Position numbers and translations under genes: made by a program. Shown in pieces: positions 30,796 through 40,518 of a DNA stretch of 64,000 nucleotides. Numbering within the stretch: the first letter of the stretch is position 1; each line of letters opens with the position of its first letter. The stretch lies in assembly GCA_965215125.1 (NCBI GenBank), contig OZ244052.1:1120001-1184000 (forward strand), read 5' to 3'. A model generated the notes under the pieces. That model was not told the DNA's origin, searched no databases, and worked only from the letters and a program-made list of their open reading frames with translations. This DNA comes from an uncultured candidatus Porisulfidus sp. GTDB lineage: Bacteria; Pseudomonadota; Gammaproteobacteria; Poriferisulfidales; Oxydemutatoraceae.

Positions 30796-31917
30796 CTATG
30801 CTTCAAATTCTTGGTTGATTGCTTTGTCCAACGCATGCTGTACGCTTTCCGTCAATTCGGCGCGCTTGTTCTCGTCGTCAAACGCTTTGTAAGGAATCAA
30901 CCGGATTAGATCCTTTAAGCCCTTAAAAAAGTATATCTTCGCATTGACTTGATCAATATTAAGTTTTTCTGCAATGTCTTCAACCAATTCATCGCTATAC
31001 CATCCCTTTTCCTTTAATTCCAATATCTGCTCCAAGAGTGCTTGACCGCCGTGCGATAATGCCAAATTATAATTGTTATGTACTTTATCCATCAACCCGT
31101 CGCATTGGTGATACATGCCGCCCAATAATTTGAGTTGATACATGTCGTCCATGATTGCTTTCAGATGAGATTTAGGCAGAGAACGATTATCTTTCTCGAC
31201 CTCTGTCGCAAGTCCGTCTAGCAGAAAACCGACTGCTTCTATAAATTTTTGTTTGCCGCAGTCCTTGACGACCTTGTTGTAGGCTTGTGTGATGCTTTTA
31301 TAGTCTAGTACTACGTCTCTATAAAGATCTCTGAGTCCTTGAACCGTGCCGACCCCTTGTTCGGCTGCGGCTGCGGCACTTTGAGAGACGTTGATACCGG
31401 CGTAGATTTGCGGCCCGTGTCGGGCTTCCAGTTGTGTGAGCGCATTGCCCAAATTTGTAACCAGTTCGGAGTCCGCGCCGTCTTCTTGCAACAGGTCTCG
31501 GGCATAAGAAAGTGCAAGGAATTGATGGCTGACATCAGGGTAGGATTTCGCAGCGAACTCTTGTAATTGTTTCGGACCGCTGGATTTATGCATTTCTGCG
31601 ACTTGTTTGGCAAACGCCGCAAGTTTCTTGTTTTTTTCGAGGTCGTTGACTTGTCTTAAATAATGTTCGGCTTGTTTCATCGCAAAAGATTTAATCCCGG
31701 TTTTGCCCAATTTGCGCTTGGCGAGTTTTTTCTCTACTTTCTCGCTATGTACAAAGCTCAATTCCTCTGCCGAATCTTCTAACATCGCTACCGGATCCTG
31801 AACTAGCGCGACGCGTTGACCTTGATAATTTCCGTCGGCGCGTGCTGCGCGCCCGGAAGGCTGAGCCGTACTATTGGAAGTCAGCGGTGTGGTAGCCGGG
31901 TTGTGAACATCAACCAT
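30796..31917 (-). CDS. sctW: T3SS gatekeeper SctW (YopN-TyeA fusion)
   Basis: LEDSAEELSF, DVSHQFLAL, AGIN, LRDLYRDVV; TyeA-like C-terminus LIRLIPYKAFDDE...QHALD. Confidence 0.9.
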   Translation of the reverse strand: MVDVHNPATTPLTSNSTAQPSGRAARADGNYQGQRVALVQDPVAMLEDSAEELSFVHSEKVEKKLAKRKLGKTGIKSFAMKQAEHYLRQVNDLEKNKKLAAFAKQVAEMHKSSGPKQLQEFAAKSYPDVSHQFLALSYARDLLQEDGADSELVTNLGNALTQLEARHGPQIYAGINVSQSAAAAAEQGVGTVQGLRDLYRDVVLDYKSITQAYNKVVKDCGKQKFIEAVGFLLDGLATEVEKDNRSLPKSHLKAIMDDMYQLKLLGGMYHQCDGLMDKVHNNYNLALSHGGQALLEQILELKEKGWYSDELVEDIAEKLNIDQVNAKIYFFKGLKDLIRLIPYKAFDDENKRAELTESVQHALDKAINQEFEA

Positions 31918-31944
31918 GACGTGCTTCGTGAACAGACAGCCGTG

Positions 31945-33054
31945 TTATACCCGAGTAGCTATAGCTTCGGTGGTCGTGTTACTACTTTGCATTAACTGTT
32001 GCATTTGATCGTAGACTTTTTCTGCATCGTTGCGTACCGATTCGGCGTATGCCTTTTTCTGCTCCGCCAAGCTACGTCTTTCGGACGAATCCGCCTCGAT
32101 GTCTTTAGATTCGGCTTGCTTTTCGTCCGAATAATACTTGAGTACCGTAGAGACAGTCTGTCCTACACCCTGCACGATCTGAGATACGCCTTGCGTAAAG
32201 GTAGTGACATTTTGTGCTCTTTGATAGGTTATCAAATTGCCGCCCCCTTTAGTCTTTGAACGAAGCTTTTTTTGTATAGATTTTTCCTCATCTACTGCGT
32301 TGTTCTTATCGGCTTCGTCGGGGTACTCGGTATTGTTAACTTCTTTATCATCCAGCGGTACATCGTTTGCTTTTTGTGCCGCCTTTTGAAGTTTTTTCTC
32401 TTGATTTTTTATATCGTTATCTATGTTGTCACCTTCTTCCGTAGACTCGGTCTGCCGGGACTCGGCTGACTCCGGTGTCGATTCGATAGAAGCCGAGGCT
32501 TTAGTCTCGTCTTCTTGGGGCTTGTTCGGTTCAATTTCGGATTCGCTAGAATCTAGCGATTCGGTTTCCATAGTTTCGGAACCAGATAGCATTTTTGTGC
32601 TTGCTACTGCGCCCCCCAAAGAGATAGCGCCGCCGACAATCTGCATGCTACCCATAGCAATCCCGGCCCCAAGCGCAAATTTTGCCGCTTCTCGAATCGT
32701 TTGTGCGGCTTCTTTTAGCTTGGAAGCAACACTGAGTGCCGCCTCCATCGCATCGTCTTCGGCAACTTTCTCGTTCTCAACCATGGATTTTTCCATGACA
32801 TCCATTACCGCAAAGACATCGTACTCAACCGAACCTAGAATCGTGCCGCTTAAGCCCAGTGCCGAAGAGAGATCAAATTTGCTGTCGGGTGTATGGTTTA
32901 AGGGCGGCGCATTGTCTTTCTGAACTCTCGGAGACGGTGCGCCCGAAGTGTCGTACGGAAGGGGGGCACCAGGCGCAGTTGTTCCGCTTGTGGGTACCGG
33001 TTGCGCGGTATCTATGGTTGTTATAGGAGGGGGGGTTTTGTCTATTTCGTTCAT
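31945..33054 (-). CDS. Putative T3SS hydrophobic translocator (SctB; YopD/BopD-like)
   Basis: P/T-rich N-terminus, DVFAVM helix, one Gly-rich TM, C-terminal coiled coil; first gene of the T3SS run. Confidence 0.65.
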   Translation of the reverse strand: MNEIDKTPPPITTIDTAQPVPTSGTTAPGAPLPYDTSGAPSPRVQKDNAPPLNHTPDSKFDLSSALGLSGTILGSVEYDVFAVMDVMEKSMVENEKVAEDDAMEAALSVASKLKEAAQTIREAAKFALGAGIAMGSMQIVGGAISLGGAVASTKMLSGSETMETESLDSSESEIEPNKPQEDETKASASIESTPESAESRQTESTEEGDNIDNDIKNQEKKLQKAAQKANDVPLDDKEVNNTEYPDEADKNNAVDEEKSIQKKLRSKTKGGGNLITYQRAQNVTTFTQGVSQIVQGVGQTVSTVLKYYSDEKQAESKDIEADSSERRSLAEQKKAYAESVRNDAEKVYDQMQQLMQSSNTTTEAIATRV

Positions 33055-33213
33055 AAAACTCCTCCTTAACCGTTTATGGTTAGCTTTTTTAAATTAGATC
33101 GTATGTAATTATAGCATAAACGGGGGACCTATGTACAAGTATGTATAATAGAAATTTGCCGACAATGAAAGCCTAAAATAAGAGAGTCAAGCTAATGGTC
33201 ATGTAACAACAAA

Positions 33214-34472
33214 GGGAATTATACAGATAACTTGACAAATAAATGTTAAATTATATCAATGAAAACTCATAGAATAATCAGATACCGCTTGTATCCAGCG
33301 ACCTATGAAAAGCATCGGCAATTACACGGAACTGCCGGAGCGTGTCGTTATGTTGGGAATCACTTTGTAGCTAAGTTAAAGGATGAATACGAGTATTACG
33401 GGGAGAGCCGGTTCAGCTTTTTCACCCTAGGCAAGCAATTTACGACATTGCGAAAGCATTGCGACAAGTGGTTGCAAGGTTATTCCGCTTATATCGTGAA
33501 ATCATCACTACAACCGATAGAGATAGCATACAAAGGATTTTTCAAGGGCAACAACGTATTGCCGAAGTTTCACGGCAAATATACGCATAGCCCGTCATTC
33601 CCGATCAATTATCAATCGGCAAAGATATCAGGTTGTCACTTGTATATACAGAAGGTCGGCTGGATAAAGTTTGCCGGTGGAGATAAATACAGGAGTGAGA
33701 AGTTTGTATCGGGTCAAGTCAAGTATGAGTGCGGTCATTGGTATGCGTATATTTGCTATGAAGTAGAGCTAGCGGACAAACCGCACATGCTCAAGGAAGT
33801 GGGTCTGGATAGGAATGTGGGACAGATAGCATTGTCGGACGGAACGATGTATTACCTACCTAACTTGAAGCGTAAGGAAGCAAGGCGTAGGCGGTATCAA
33901 CGCATAGTTGCTAGGCGGGTTAAGGGAAGCAACAGACGGAAACTAGCACGGCACAGACTAAACAAAGCATACCAAGCGGAGCGTAATGCGAGGGCGAATT
34001 GGTGTCATAAAACCAGCAAGCTAATAGCGGACAAATACGACATCGTGTATATGGAAGGATTGAATACAGCAGGCATGACGAAGTCGGCGAAAGGGACAAT
34101 AGAAGCACCGGGCAAGAATGTGAAAGTAAAGTCAGGTTTGAATAGGGAGATACTAAAAAGTGGTTGGTATAAACTGGAACAATGCTTAAGCTACAAAGCA
34201 TATATAGAAAAGGTCAATCCGGCATATACAAGTCAAACCTGCAACAGGTGCGGAAGCATAGATAAAGCGAACCGCAAAACACAAGCGATATTTAAGTGTC
34301 GGCACTGCGGACACGAGGACAATGCAGATGTCAATGCTGCATTAAACATTTTGGCGGCTGGGAGTACCGCAGCTGGGCGTGGAGATTGCAACATTGGTTG
34401 GTCTGTGAAGCGTCAAAAAGATAGGGTAACGGGGCGGTCTAACAAGTCTGTCAAGTCACCTATATAATTCCC
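33214..34472 (+). mobile_element. Non-autonomous IS1595-like TIR element carrying tnpB
   Basis: 24-bp TIRs GGGAATTATACAGATAACTTGACA and GGGAATTATATAGGTGACTTGACA (21/24); flanks ACAACAAA and AAAACAAA (7/8). Confidence 0.82.
33259..34467 (+). CDS. tnpB: RNA-guided endonuclease TnpB
   Basis: YRLYP N-terminus, RuvC GLDRN / VYMEGL / NADVNAALNI, zinc finger CNRC...CRHC. Confidence 0.95.
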   Translation: MKTHRIIRYRLYPATYEKHRQLHGTAGACRYVGNHFVAKLKDEYEYYGESRFSFFTLGKQFTTLRKHCDKWLQGYSAYIVKSSLQPIEIAYKGFFKGNNVLPKFHGKYTHSPSFPINYQSAKISGCHLYIQKVGWIKFAGGDKYRSEKFVSGQVKYECGHWYAYICYEVELADKPHMLKEVGLDRNVGQIALSDGTMYYLPNLKRKEARRRRYQRIVARRVKGSNRRKLARHRLNKAYQAERNARANWCHKTSKLIADKYDIVYMEGLNTAGMTKSAKGTIEAPGKNVKVKSGLNREILKSGWYKLEQCLSYKAYIEKVNPAYTSQTCNRCGSIDKANRKTQAIFKCRHCGHEDNADVNAALNILAAGSTAAGRGDCNIGWSVKRQKDRVTGRSNKSVKSPI

Positions 34473-34574
34473 AAAACAAATGATTATTTTTCATAGGATT
34501 AAATTTATCTATATCAAATCGGATAAAGTTGTCGGCATGTCATTCGAGATGGTATATGAGGCATAAATACACGC

Positions 34575-34746
34575 GGAGCCGTTGAAAAAGTATTTCATAC
34601 ACCGTAGGGACGGACTATTCCCTTCCTGTGGAGGGGTGGCAGGCGTGAGAACCGCAGCTTTATCCTGTCCCTACAGGTGGTTTGGATAATTATGTGGCAC
34701 ACAGCGGGTTGGATTTGTGCGGTGTCAATAGTTTTGCAACAGCCCC
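34575..34746. mobile_element. 172-bp MITE with IS1182-like ends containing REP-like modules
   Basis: Ends GGAGCCGTTGAAAAAG and TTTTGCAACAGCCCC resemble the TIRs of the IS at 56447-57907; flanked by GC/GC. Confidence 0.72.
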
Positions 34747-34785
34747 GCGTACATAGGTTCACGACTTAAATTTCCTTCTCTAGAT

Positions 34786-35754
34786 ATGTTAATGTCCGTT
34801 GCCAGGCGATTTCCCTTAGGCATCTTTGTTGTTGAACCGGGGTTGGCAATGCGCGAACTGCTCCTTGCATTGATGCTCGGTATCGTCGCACTATGTTATG
34901 TCTGGGGGTGGGGAGTGATCGTCAACATCGTCATTGCGGTTATCACCGCCGTCGTATCCGAGGCGGTGATCCTAAAGATCCGAGGCATCGCAGTCATGCC
35001 GATACTACAAGATTACAGCGCGATAGTGACCGCAGTCCTACTGGCACTGGCTCTTCCTCCTTATCTGCCGTGGTGGGTTGTGGTCATTGCCTCGGCTTGT
35101 GCAATCGTGATAGCAAAACAGTTGTACGGTGGTCTCGGTAATAATTTGTTCAATCCGGCAATGGTCGGCTATGCAATCGCAATGATTGCTTATCCGCTAA
35201 ACTTGACGGTGTGGCCCCCCGATGTATTGACGGCAACCCGTTTTGATTGGGTTCAGGCGATTGATTATGCGGTTAACGCCGCTAGCGAACCTTATGTTGC
35301 TACACTCACCGGTGCAACACCTCTGGATCTTTGGCGTACCGACAGTGATTGGCAACCGCGTGTAGAAACCACAATGATACATTGGAATGTTATCAATATC
35401 TGTTTTCTAGTCGGTGGATTATGGCTACTGCTACGCCGTCTTATCCACTGGCATATTCCGGCAGCGATACTATGCACACTGTTCATTGCGGCTTTGGTAT
35501 TTCCCGGTGGTTTATCACCGCATTCGTCGTTGTGGCTACATCTGGGATGCGGTGCAACGATGATCGGTGCTTTTTATATTGCCACCGATCCGGTCACCTC
35601 GCCGCGCCACCCGTATATGAAAGTACTGTTCGGTATCGGTGTCGGTGTATTGACTTTTATAATCAGAAAAAACGGCAGTTATGCGGATGGTTTTGCATTT
35701 GCGATACTATTGATGAACCTTTTTGTTCCTTTAATGAACCGTTATGCTAAATAA
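34786..35754 (+). CDS. rnfD: Rnf electron transport complex subunit D
   Basis: AKQLYGGLGNNLFNPAM, TGATPL, ATDPVTSP. Confidence 0.93.
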   Translation: MLMSVARRFPLGIFVVEPGLAMRELLLALMLGIVALCYVWGWGVIVNIVIAVITAVVSEAVILKIRGIAVMPILQDYSAIVTAVLLALALPPYLPWWVVVIASACAIVIAKQLYGGLGNNLFNPAMVGYAIAMIAYPLNLTVWPPDVLTATRFDWVQAIDYAVNAASEPYVATLTGATPLDLWRTDSDWQPRVETTMIHWNVINICFLVGGLWLLLRRLIHWHIPAAILCTLFIAALVFPGGLSPHSSLWLHLGCGATMIGAFYIATDPVTSPRHPYMKVLFGIGVGVLTFIIRKNGSYADGFAFAILLMNLFVPLMNRYAK

Positions 35755-36319
35755 ACATTATGCAGGCACCTATTTGCTTGCCTTAGTCGTTATGGTTGCG
35801 GTGGCAAGTCTAACGAGCAGTGAGTTTTGGACTCGCGAGGCGCGCACGCAAGCACAACAAGAAAAAATTGAACAAAGCCTTAGTGCGGTAGCACCGATTA
35901 CCGATTACGATAACAATCCGCTACAAGAAAAACAGTACCGACAACACGGCGGGAAAACCTATATCGCGTATCCGTTCACAAGAGATGGTCAATTGGCAGG
36001 CTATGTAATACAAAATGAAACATATTCCGCTTACAATGGGTTGCTGAAGGTATTGGTCGGGTTGCGACGCAACGGGACTTCCAGCGGTGTTCGCGTTGTA
36101 GCGCATCGTGAAACCCCCGGATTGGGCGACCGTATAGAACCTCGGAACAATCGCTGGATACTAAAACTTCAAGGAGCTACGGTTGATAAACGCTCGTGGC
36201 AGCTCAAAAAGGACGGCGGTGTAGTGGCCAACTTAACCGGTGCCACCGTTAGTGCACGCGCAACATTGAACAGCGCACACGAGGCTTTGTTATACTTTAC
36301 ACGCGATTTAGAGTATTAG
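35744..36319 (+). CDS. rnfG: Rnf subunit G
   Basis: HRETPGLGD, TGATVS. Confidence 0.92.
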   Translation: MLNKHYAGTYLLALVVMVAVASLTSSEFWTREARTQAQQEKIEQSLSAVAPITDYDNNPLQEKQYRQHGGKTYIAYPFTRDGQLAGYVIQNETYSAYNGLLKVLVGLRRNGTSSGVRVVAHRETPGLGDRIEPRNNRWILKLQGATVDKRSWQLKKDGGVVANLTGATVSARATLNSAHEALLYFTRDLEY

Positions 36320-36331
36320 GATACACGATAA

Positions 36332-36952
36332 GTGAACACACAAGCAATCAAGCAAATTATTGTTGAGGGTTTTTGGGAGCAGAATCCCGGCGTGATACAG
36401 TTGTTAGGCTTATGCCCGCTACTTGCAGTGACGACGACACTGCAAAACGGGTTCATCTTAGGCGTCGCCAGTCTAATCACCGTAACCCTAAGCTGTTTGT
36501 TGGTTTCGCTATTGCGGCATTATATTTCTATGCCGTTGCGACTACCGATTTGCATTGTGATTATTGCCATGATTGTCGGAAATATAGACCTGTGGATGGC
36601 AGCGATGCTTTACGAGCAGCACCAAGTCTTAGGTCTATTCGTACCGTTGATTATCAGCAATTGTGCCATCTTGGCGCGTGCCGAAGCGTACGCACTACAT
36701 CATCCTCCCTTATATGCAACGGTGGACGGGCTGGCAACCGGCTTAGGATTTATCGCAGTGCTTTGTATAATCGGTACTTTTAGAGAGCTCTTAGCCTACG
36801 GGAATTTGGGAGCAGGTGCGGGGATACCGATATTTTTGCCGGCGATTACGCCGGCAGGCGCATTTTTTAGCCTTGCGTTGTTAATCGCACTGATCAAGTT
36901 TTTAAAAACATACTACGGCACAGAACGGAAACCGGCACGACTCAGCAAATGA
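36332..36952 (+). CDS. rnfE: Rnf subunit E
   Basis: QLLGLCPLLAVT, LGLFVPLIISNC, PAGAF. Confidence 0.93.
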   Translation: MNTQAIKQIIVEGFWEQNPGVIQLLGLCPLLAVTTTLQNGFILGVASLITVTLSCLLVSLLRHYISMPLRLPICIVIIAMIVGNIDLWMAAMLYEQHQVLGLFVPLIISNCAILARAEAYALHHPPLYATVDGLATGLGFIAVLCIIGTFRELLAYGNLGAGAGIPIFLPAITPAGAFFSLALLIALIKFLKTYYGTERKPARLSK

Positions 36953-37584
36953 CTAAACAAAAAATTATTCGAATATTCGAACGGCTGAAAGCACAAAACC
37001 CCGAACCTCGCAGTGAACTTAAATATCGTTCTCGCTTTGAACTGCTGATTGCGGTTATTTTGTCGGCGCAAGCAACCGATGTCAGTGTCAATAAAGCGAC
37101 GCGCATGCTATTCAAACGTGCGAATACCGCGCAGAAAATGTCGGCATTATCGTCCGAGCAACTGAAGGGCTATATCAAGACGATAGGATTGTTCAACACC
37201 AAAGCGAACAATATATTAAAAACTTGTAAGATTCTATTAACCGAGCACGGTGGACGCGTACCCAACGATAGAGATGCTCTAACCCGACTGCCGGGTGTGG
37301 GGCGCAAGACTGCAAATGTAATATTGAATACGGCTTTCGGTGAAAAAACGATTGCAGTTGATACACACATTTTCAGAGTTTCTAATCGCATCGGGTTTGT
37401 GTCGGCTAAGACACCGCTTGCCGTCGAGCAGAAGCTATTGCAGGTCGTCCCCGAGCAATACAAACGTCATGCCCACCATTGGTTGATTTTGCACGGCCGT
37501 TATGTATGCACCGCACGTGCGCCGGCTTGCGGTAGCTGTTTGATTGCCGATCTGTGCGAGTACGAAAACAAAACCGAGAAATAA
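36949..37584 (+). CDS. nth: Endonuclease III
   Basis: LSAQATD, LPGVGRKTANV, VDTH, C-X6-C-X2-C-X5-C. Confidence 0.96.
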   Translation: MTKQKIIRIFERLKAQNPEPRSELKYRSRFELLIAVILSAQATDVSVNKATRMLFKRANTAQKMSALSSEQLKGYIKTIGLFNTKANNILKTCKILLTEHGGRVPNDRDALTRLPGVGRKTANVILNTAFGEKTIAVDTHIFRVSNRIGFVSAKTPLAVEQKLLQVVPEQYKRHAHHWLILHGRYVCTARAPACGSCLIADLCEYENKTEK

Positions 37585-38594
37585 TGCAGTTCCTAAAAAC
37601 AATTTATAGATTTCTAATCGCAAAGATGCGGAGAAAGCGGCAGCAAGAAAAGCAAGCGCAATCCACCGAACCCAAACCAACTGTTCCGACCGAGCCGCCT
37701 GCCAAGCGCGTCCTAATCACATACGGAGTATTTTCTTTGATATTTATCGTGTTGGCTGCTGCCGCATGGTTTTTCAAAGGCGTGGATTTGTTGCCCGAAC
37801 CCTTTGCACCCGGAACCGATACATCAAACGCCGATATAAAGCCCGAAGCCGACGATAGAAATACCGTAGTGTCAGGAGAACATTCGAGTAATAAACCCAA
37901 AATGAAGCGCGTTGCCGACCTCGATTGGGCCAACGAACTACAGGACAAAGTGGAACGCTTAAAAGACGAAATTCAGCAACTTGACAGCAAACTGAACACG
38001 GCTAGGATTAAGCAATATATCGCAAGTGCACGGTACTTAATGGAGACCCGTACCGCACCCGAGCAAGCATTATCCCTACTGCAAGCAGCCCGCACCGATA
38101 TAGCAGTGCATCGCCACACTTCCGAGGCCGAGATGAATACACTGTCGCAAGATATAGATCGTCAAATAGCGCGCTTGCAACACTATATCGCACACTCACC
38201 TCGCAGAGCCTTGACATTGTTAAATCCTTTGATAGAGCATCTGCATACGAGTCTGGAAATCACATCCACACCGCAAGCGGAAATGCATGCGAACACCGGG
38301 CGCATCGATGAGAGTTGGGTAAAAGAATGGTTGAATAAAATCTATGCGGCAGGAAAGACCTTGATCAAGGTAGAACATCCGGATTATCAATATATAGAAA
38401 ACAATTATGTATTGTTTAAGCTATTAATTACCGCACGCTCGGCAGTATTATTGAACGAGCAAGAACAATTCAACATTGCATTAAAAGATGCGCTCGGACT
38501 AATAGAAAATATGCCGAATCCGCCGATCTCGCAAGAACAGATACAGGCTATACTATCGCTGGAGATTACTTGGCAACTACCGACGATGCAATAA
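37584..38594 (+). CDS. Divergent HemX-like membrane-anchored coiled-coil protein
   Basis: One TM followed by coiled coil; coupled to a hemY-like gene; mainly a positional call. Confidence 0.55.
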   Translation: MQFLKTIYRFLIAKMRRKRQQEKQAQSTEPKPTVPTEPPAKRVLITYGVFSLIFIVLAAAAWFFKGVDLLPEPFAPGTDTSNADIKPEADDRNTVVSGEHSSNKPKMKRVADLDWANELQDKVERLKDEIQQLDSKLNTARIKQYIASARYLMETRTAPEQALSLLQAARTDIAVHRHTSEAEMNTLSQDIDRQIARLQHYIAHSPRRALTLLNPLIEHLHTSLEITSTPQAEMHANTGRIDESWVKEWLNKIYAAGKTLIKVEHPDYQYIENNYVLFKLLITARSAVLLNEQEQFNIALKDALGLIENMPNPPISQEQIQAILSLEITWQLPTMQ

Positions 38595-39706
38595 TGAAAA
38601 ACACACTGACATTTATATTTATATCGGTTATATTCGCAGCCGTATTATTGATCGCATTGAATTATCCGGGAGAAATTGTCGTCAAGTTGGCAAATTACCC
38701 GAATATAACGATTAATTTTTACTTTTTTATTGCAATATTTATCGTGCTGGGTTTAGTTCTGACAGGCTTATTCAAAATGTTTTCTTCGCTAATAAGATTA
38801 CCAACTTTACTGAACGGTATACAACATCGTCGTCGGACTAAGAAAGACGCACAACTATTTCACGAAGGTTTGAATCTATACCTATGCGGCGATTATGCCC
38901 ACGCGACACAGTTGTTGCTAAAAGCCACAAAATCCAAAACCAACCCGCGTGTGCTTGCCGGCTTGTTTGCTGCGGATGCGGCACTATTGAATAACGACTC
39001 CGAAACAGCCCACCGGGCGATAACGCTGACCGGTGCGGCACCCGGTGAAGACCTCGCTGCCGACATCATTGCAGCCGATCTTGCCATCGGCGATGAATCA
39101 CCCGAACGGGTAGCACGACGCATCAACGAGATTATCGGCGACAAAACAAACAATCTGCGTGCAATTAGAATGTTGATCAAGTTATGCGATAAGAGCGGTG
39201 CATGGCACTTGGCGGAACAAGCACTGGGACAACTCGACGGTGCTCTACACGACGTGCCGCACCGGCGACAACAAATTCGCACCCAAATCACCTCGGCACT
39301 ACTGAAGCGGGCAGCCGAACAAAAAGATAAGCAACGATTTAATCGCTTGTGGCAGCAAACCGACGAAGCAATTCAAGAAGCATTGTTAGAACGCTATGTC
39401 GCCTTATCGGTGCAATTAGGCGACGCAAAAGAAGCCGAACATTATCTTGAAAAAGTAATAGCACACGATTATAACGAAGTCGCGATAGCACAATACGGTT
39501 TGCTACCCAATATCGGCGTAGACCACCGCATTAAACGCGCCGAGCAGTGGCTGGCAAAGCATCCGGAAAACCCCGCATTATTGCTTTGTCTGGCAAGATT
39601 GTATAAAAGCAATGCCAGACCCGACAAAGCTAGGGAATACTTTGAAAAAAGCCTTGCGATTAAGCCCGACCACCAAATCCGGCAAGAACTCGGCACACTT
39701 TCATAG
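38594..39706 (+). CDS. hemY: HemY-like heme biosynthesis-associated TPR protein
   Basis: Two N-terminal TMs with YPG, AEQWLAKHPENPALLLCLARL. Confidence 0.8.
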   Translation: MKNTLTFIFISVIFAAVLLIALNYPGEIVVKLANYPNITINFYFFIAIFIVLGLVLTGLFKMFSSLIRLPTLLNGIQHRRRTKKDAQLFHEGLNLYLCGDYAHATQLLLKATKSKTNPRVLAGLFAADAALLNNDSETAHRAITLTGAAPGEDLAADIIAADLAIGDESPERVARRINEIIGDKTNNLRAIRMLIKLCDKSGAWHLAEQALGQLDGALHDVPHRRQQIRTQITSALLKRAAEQKDKQRFNRLWQQTDEAIQEALLERYVALSVQLGDAKEAEHYLEKVIAHDYNEVAIAQYGLLPNIGVDHRIKRAEQWLAKHPENPALLLCLARLYKSNARPDKAREYFEKSLAIKPDHQIRQELGTLS

Positions 39707-39841
39707 ATAAACTTTAGTTGTCCGGTGGCATATCCGCATTCAACTCCATAAATAGAAAAATACCGCACGCTTCTATGAAAATATGGAAGAGCAACTATAT
39801 TCATATATAATATCCTTGATAGACGATAAGATAATCTTGGT

Positions 39842-40435
39842 ATGAAATTACGCAACGCCCATATTTCTAGGGAAACAGCCGAAACCTCTATAGAAGTCGC
39901 TTTAACCCTTGACGGTTCGGGACAAGGCATGAGTAATATCGGTATTCCGTTCATGGAACACATGCTGGATCAATTAAGAAAACATGGTCGCTTTGATTTA
40001 GATATCAAAGCACAAGGCGATCTTGAGGTGGATTTTCACCACACGGTTGAAGACACCGGCATCACATTGGGACAATGTTTCGACAAAGCCTTGGCAGATA
40101 AAAAAGGTATTTATCGCTACGGGCATGCCTATGTGCCTTTAGACGAAGCATTGTCGCGGGCGGTGATAGATTTTTCGGGACGTCCCGGGCTCGTCTACAA
40201 AGTTGAATATCCGCGAGCGCGTATCGGCGAGTTCGACGTAGATTTAATACACGAATTTTTTCAAGGCTTTGTCAATCATGCGAAAGCGACCGTACATTTG
40301 GATAATATCAGAGGTTCTAATGCCCACCATATTGCGGAAACCTTGTTTAAGGCTTTTGCGCGAGCTTGCCGAACCGCGGTCGCGATAGACCCGCGGATGG
40401 CATCGGAACTCCCCTCAACCAAAGGAAAACTATAA
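39842..40435 (+). CDS. hisB: Imidazoleglycerol-phosphate dehydratase
   Basis: RETAET, HHTVED, NAHHIAE, PSTKG. Confidence 0.96.
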   Translation: MKLRNAHISRETAETSIEVALTLDGSGQGMSNIGIPFMEHMLDQLRKHGRFDLDIKAQGDLEVDFHHTVEDTGITLGQCFDKALADKKGIYRYGHAYVPLDEALSRAVIDFSGRPGLVYKVEYPRARIGEFDVDLIHEFFQGFVNHAKATVHLDNIRGSNAHHIAETLFKAFARACRTAVAIDPRMASELPSTKGKL

Positions 40436-40518
40436 GCGGCTATTAATTTAATAAGGTTCTTGTATAACCTTGAGACAAAGACTCGGCTTGCAAAATTGTG
40501 AATAGGTGATCGTAACAT

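Noticed and set aside
33259-34467. Cas12f / type V CRISPR effector
   Set aside because: No adjacent array or cas1/cas2; size and motifs fit TnpB
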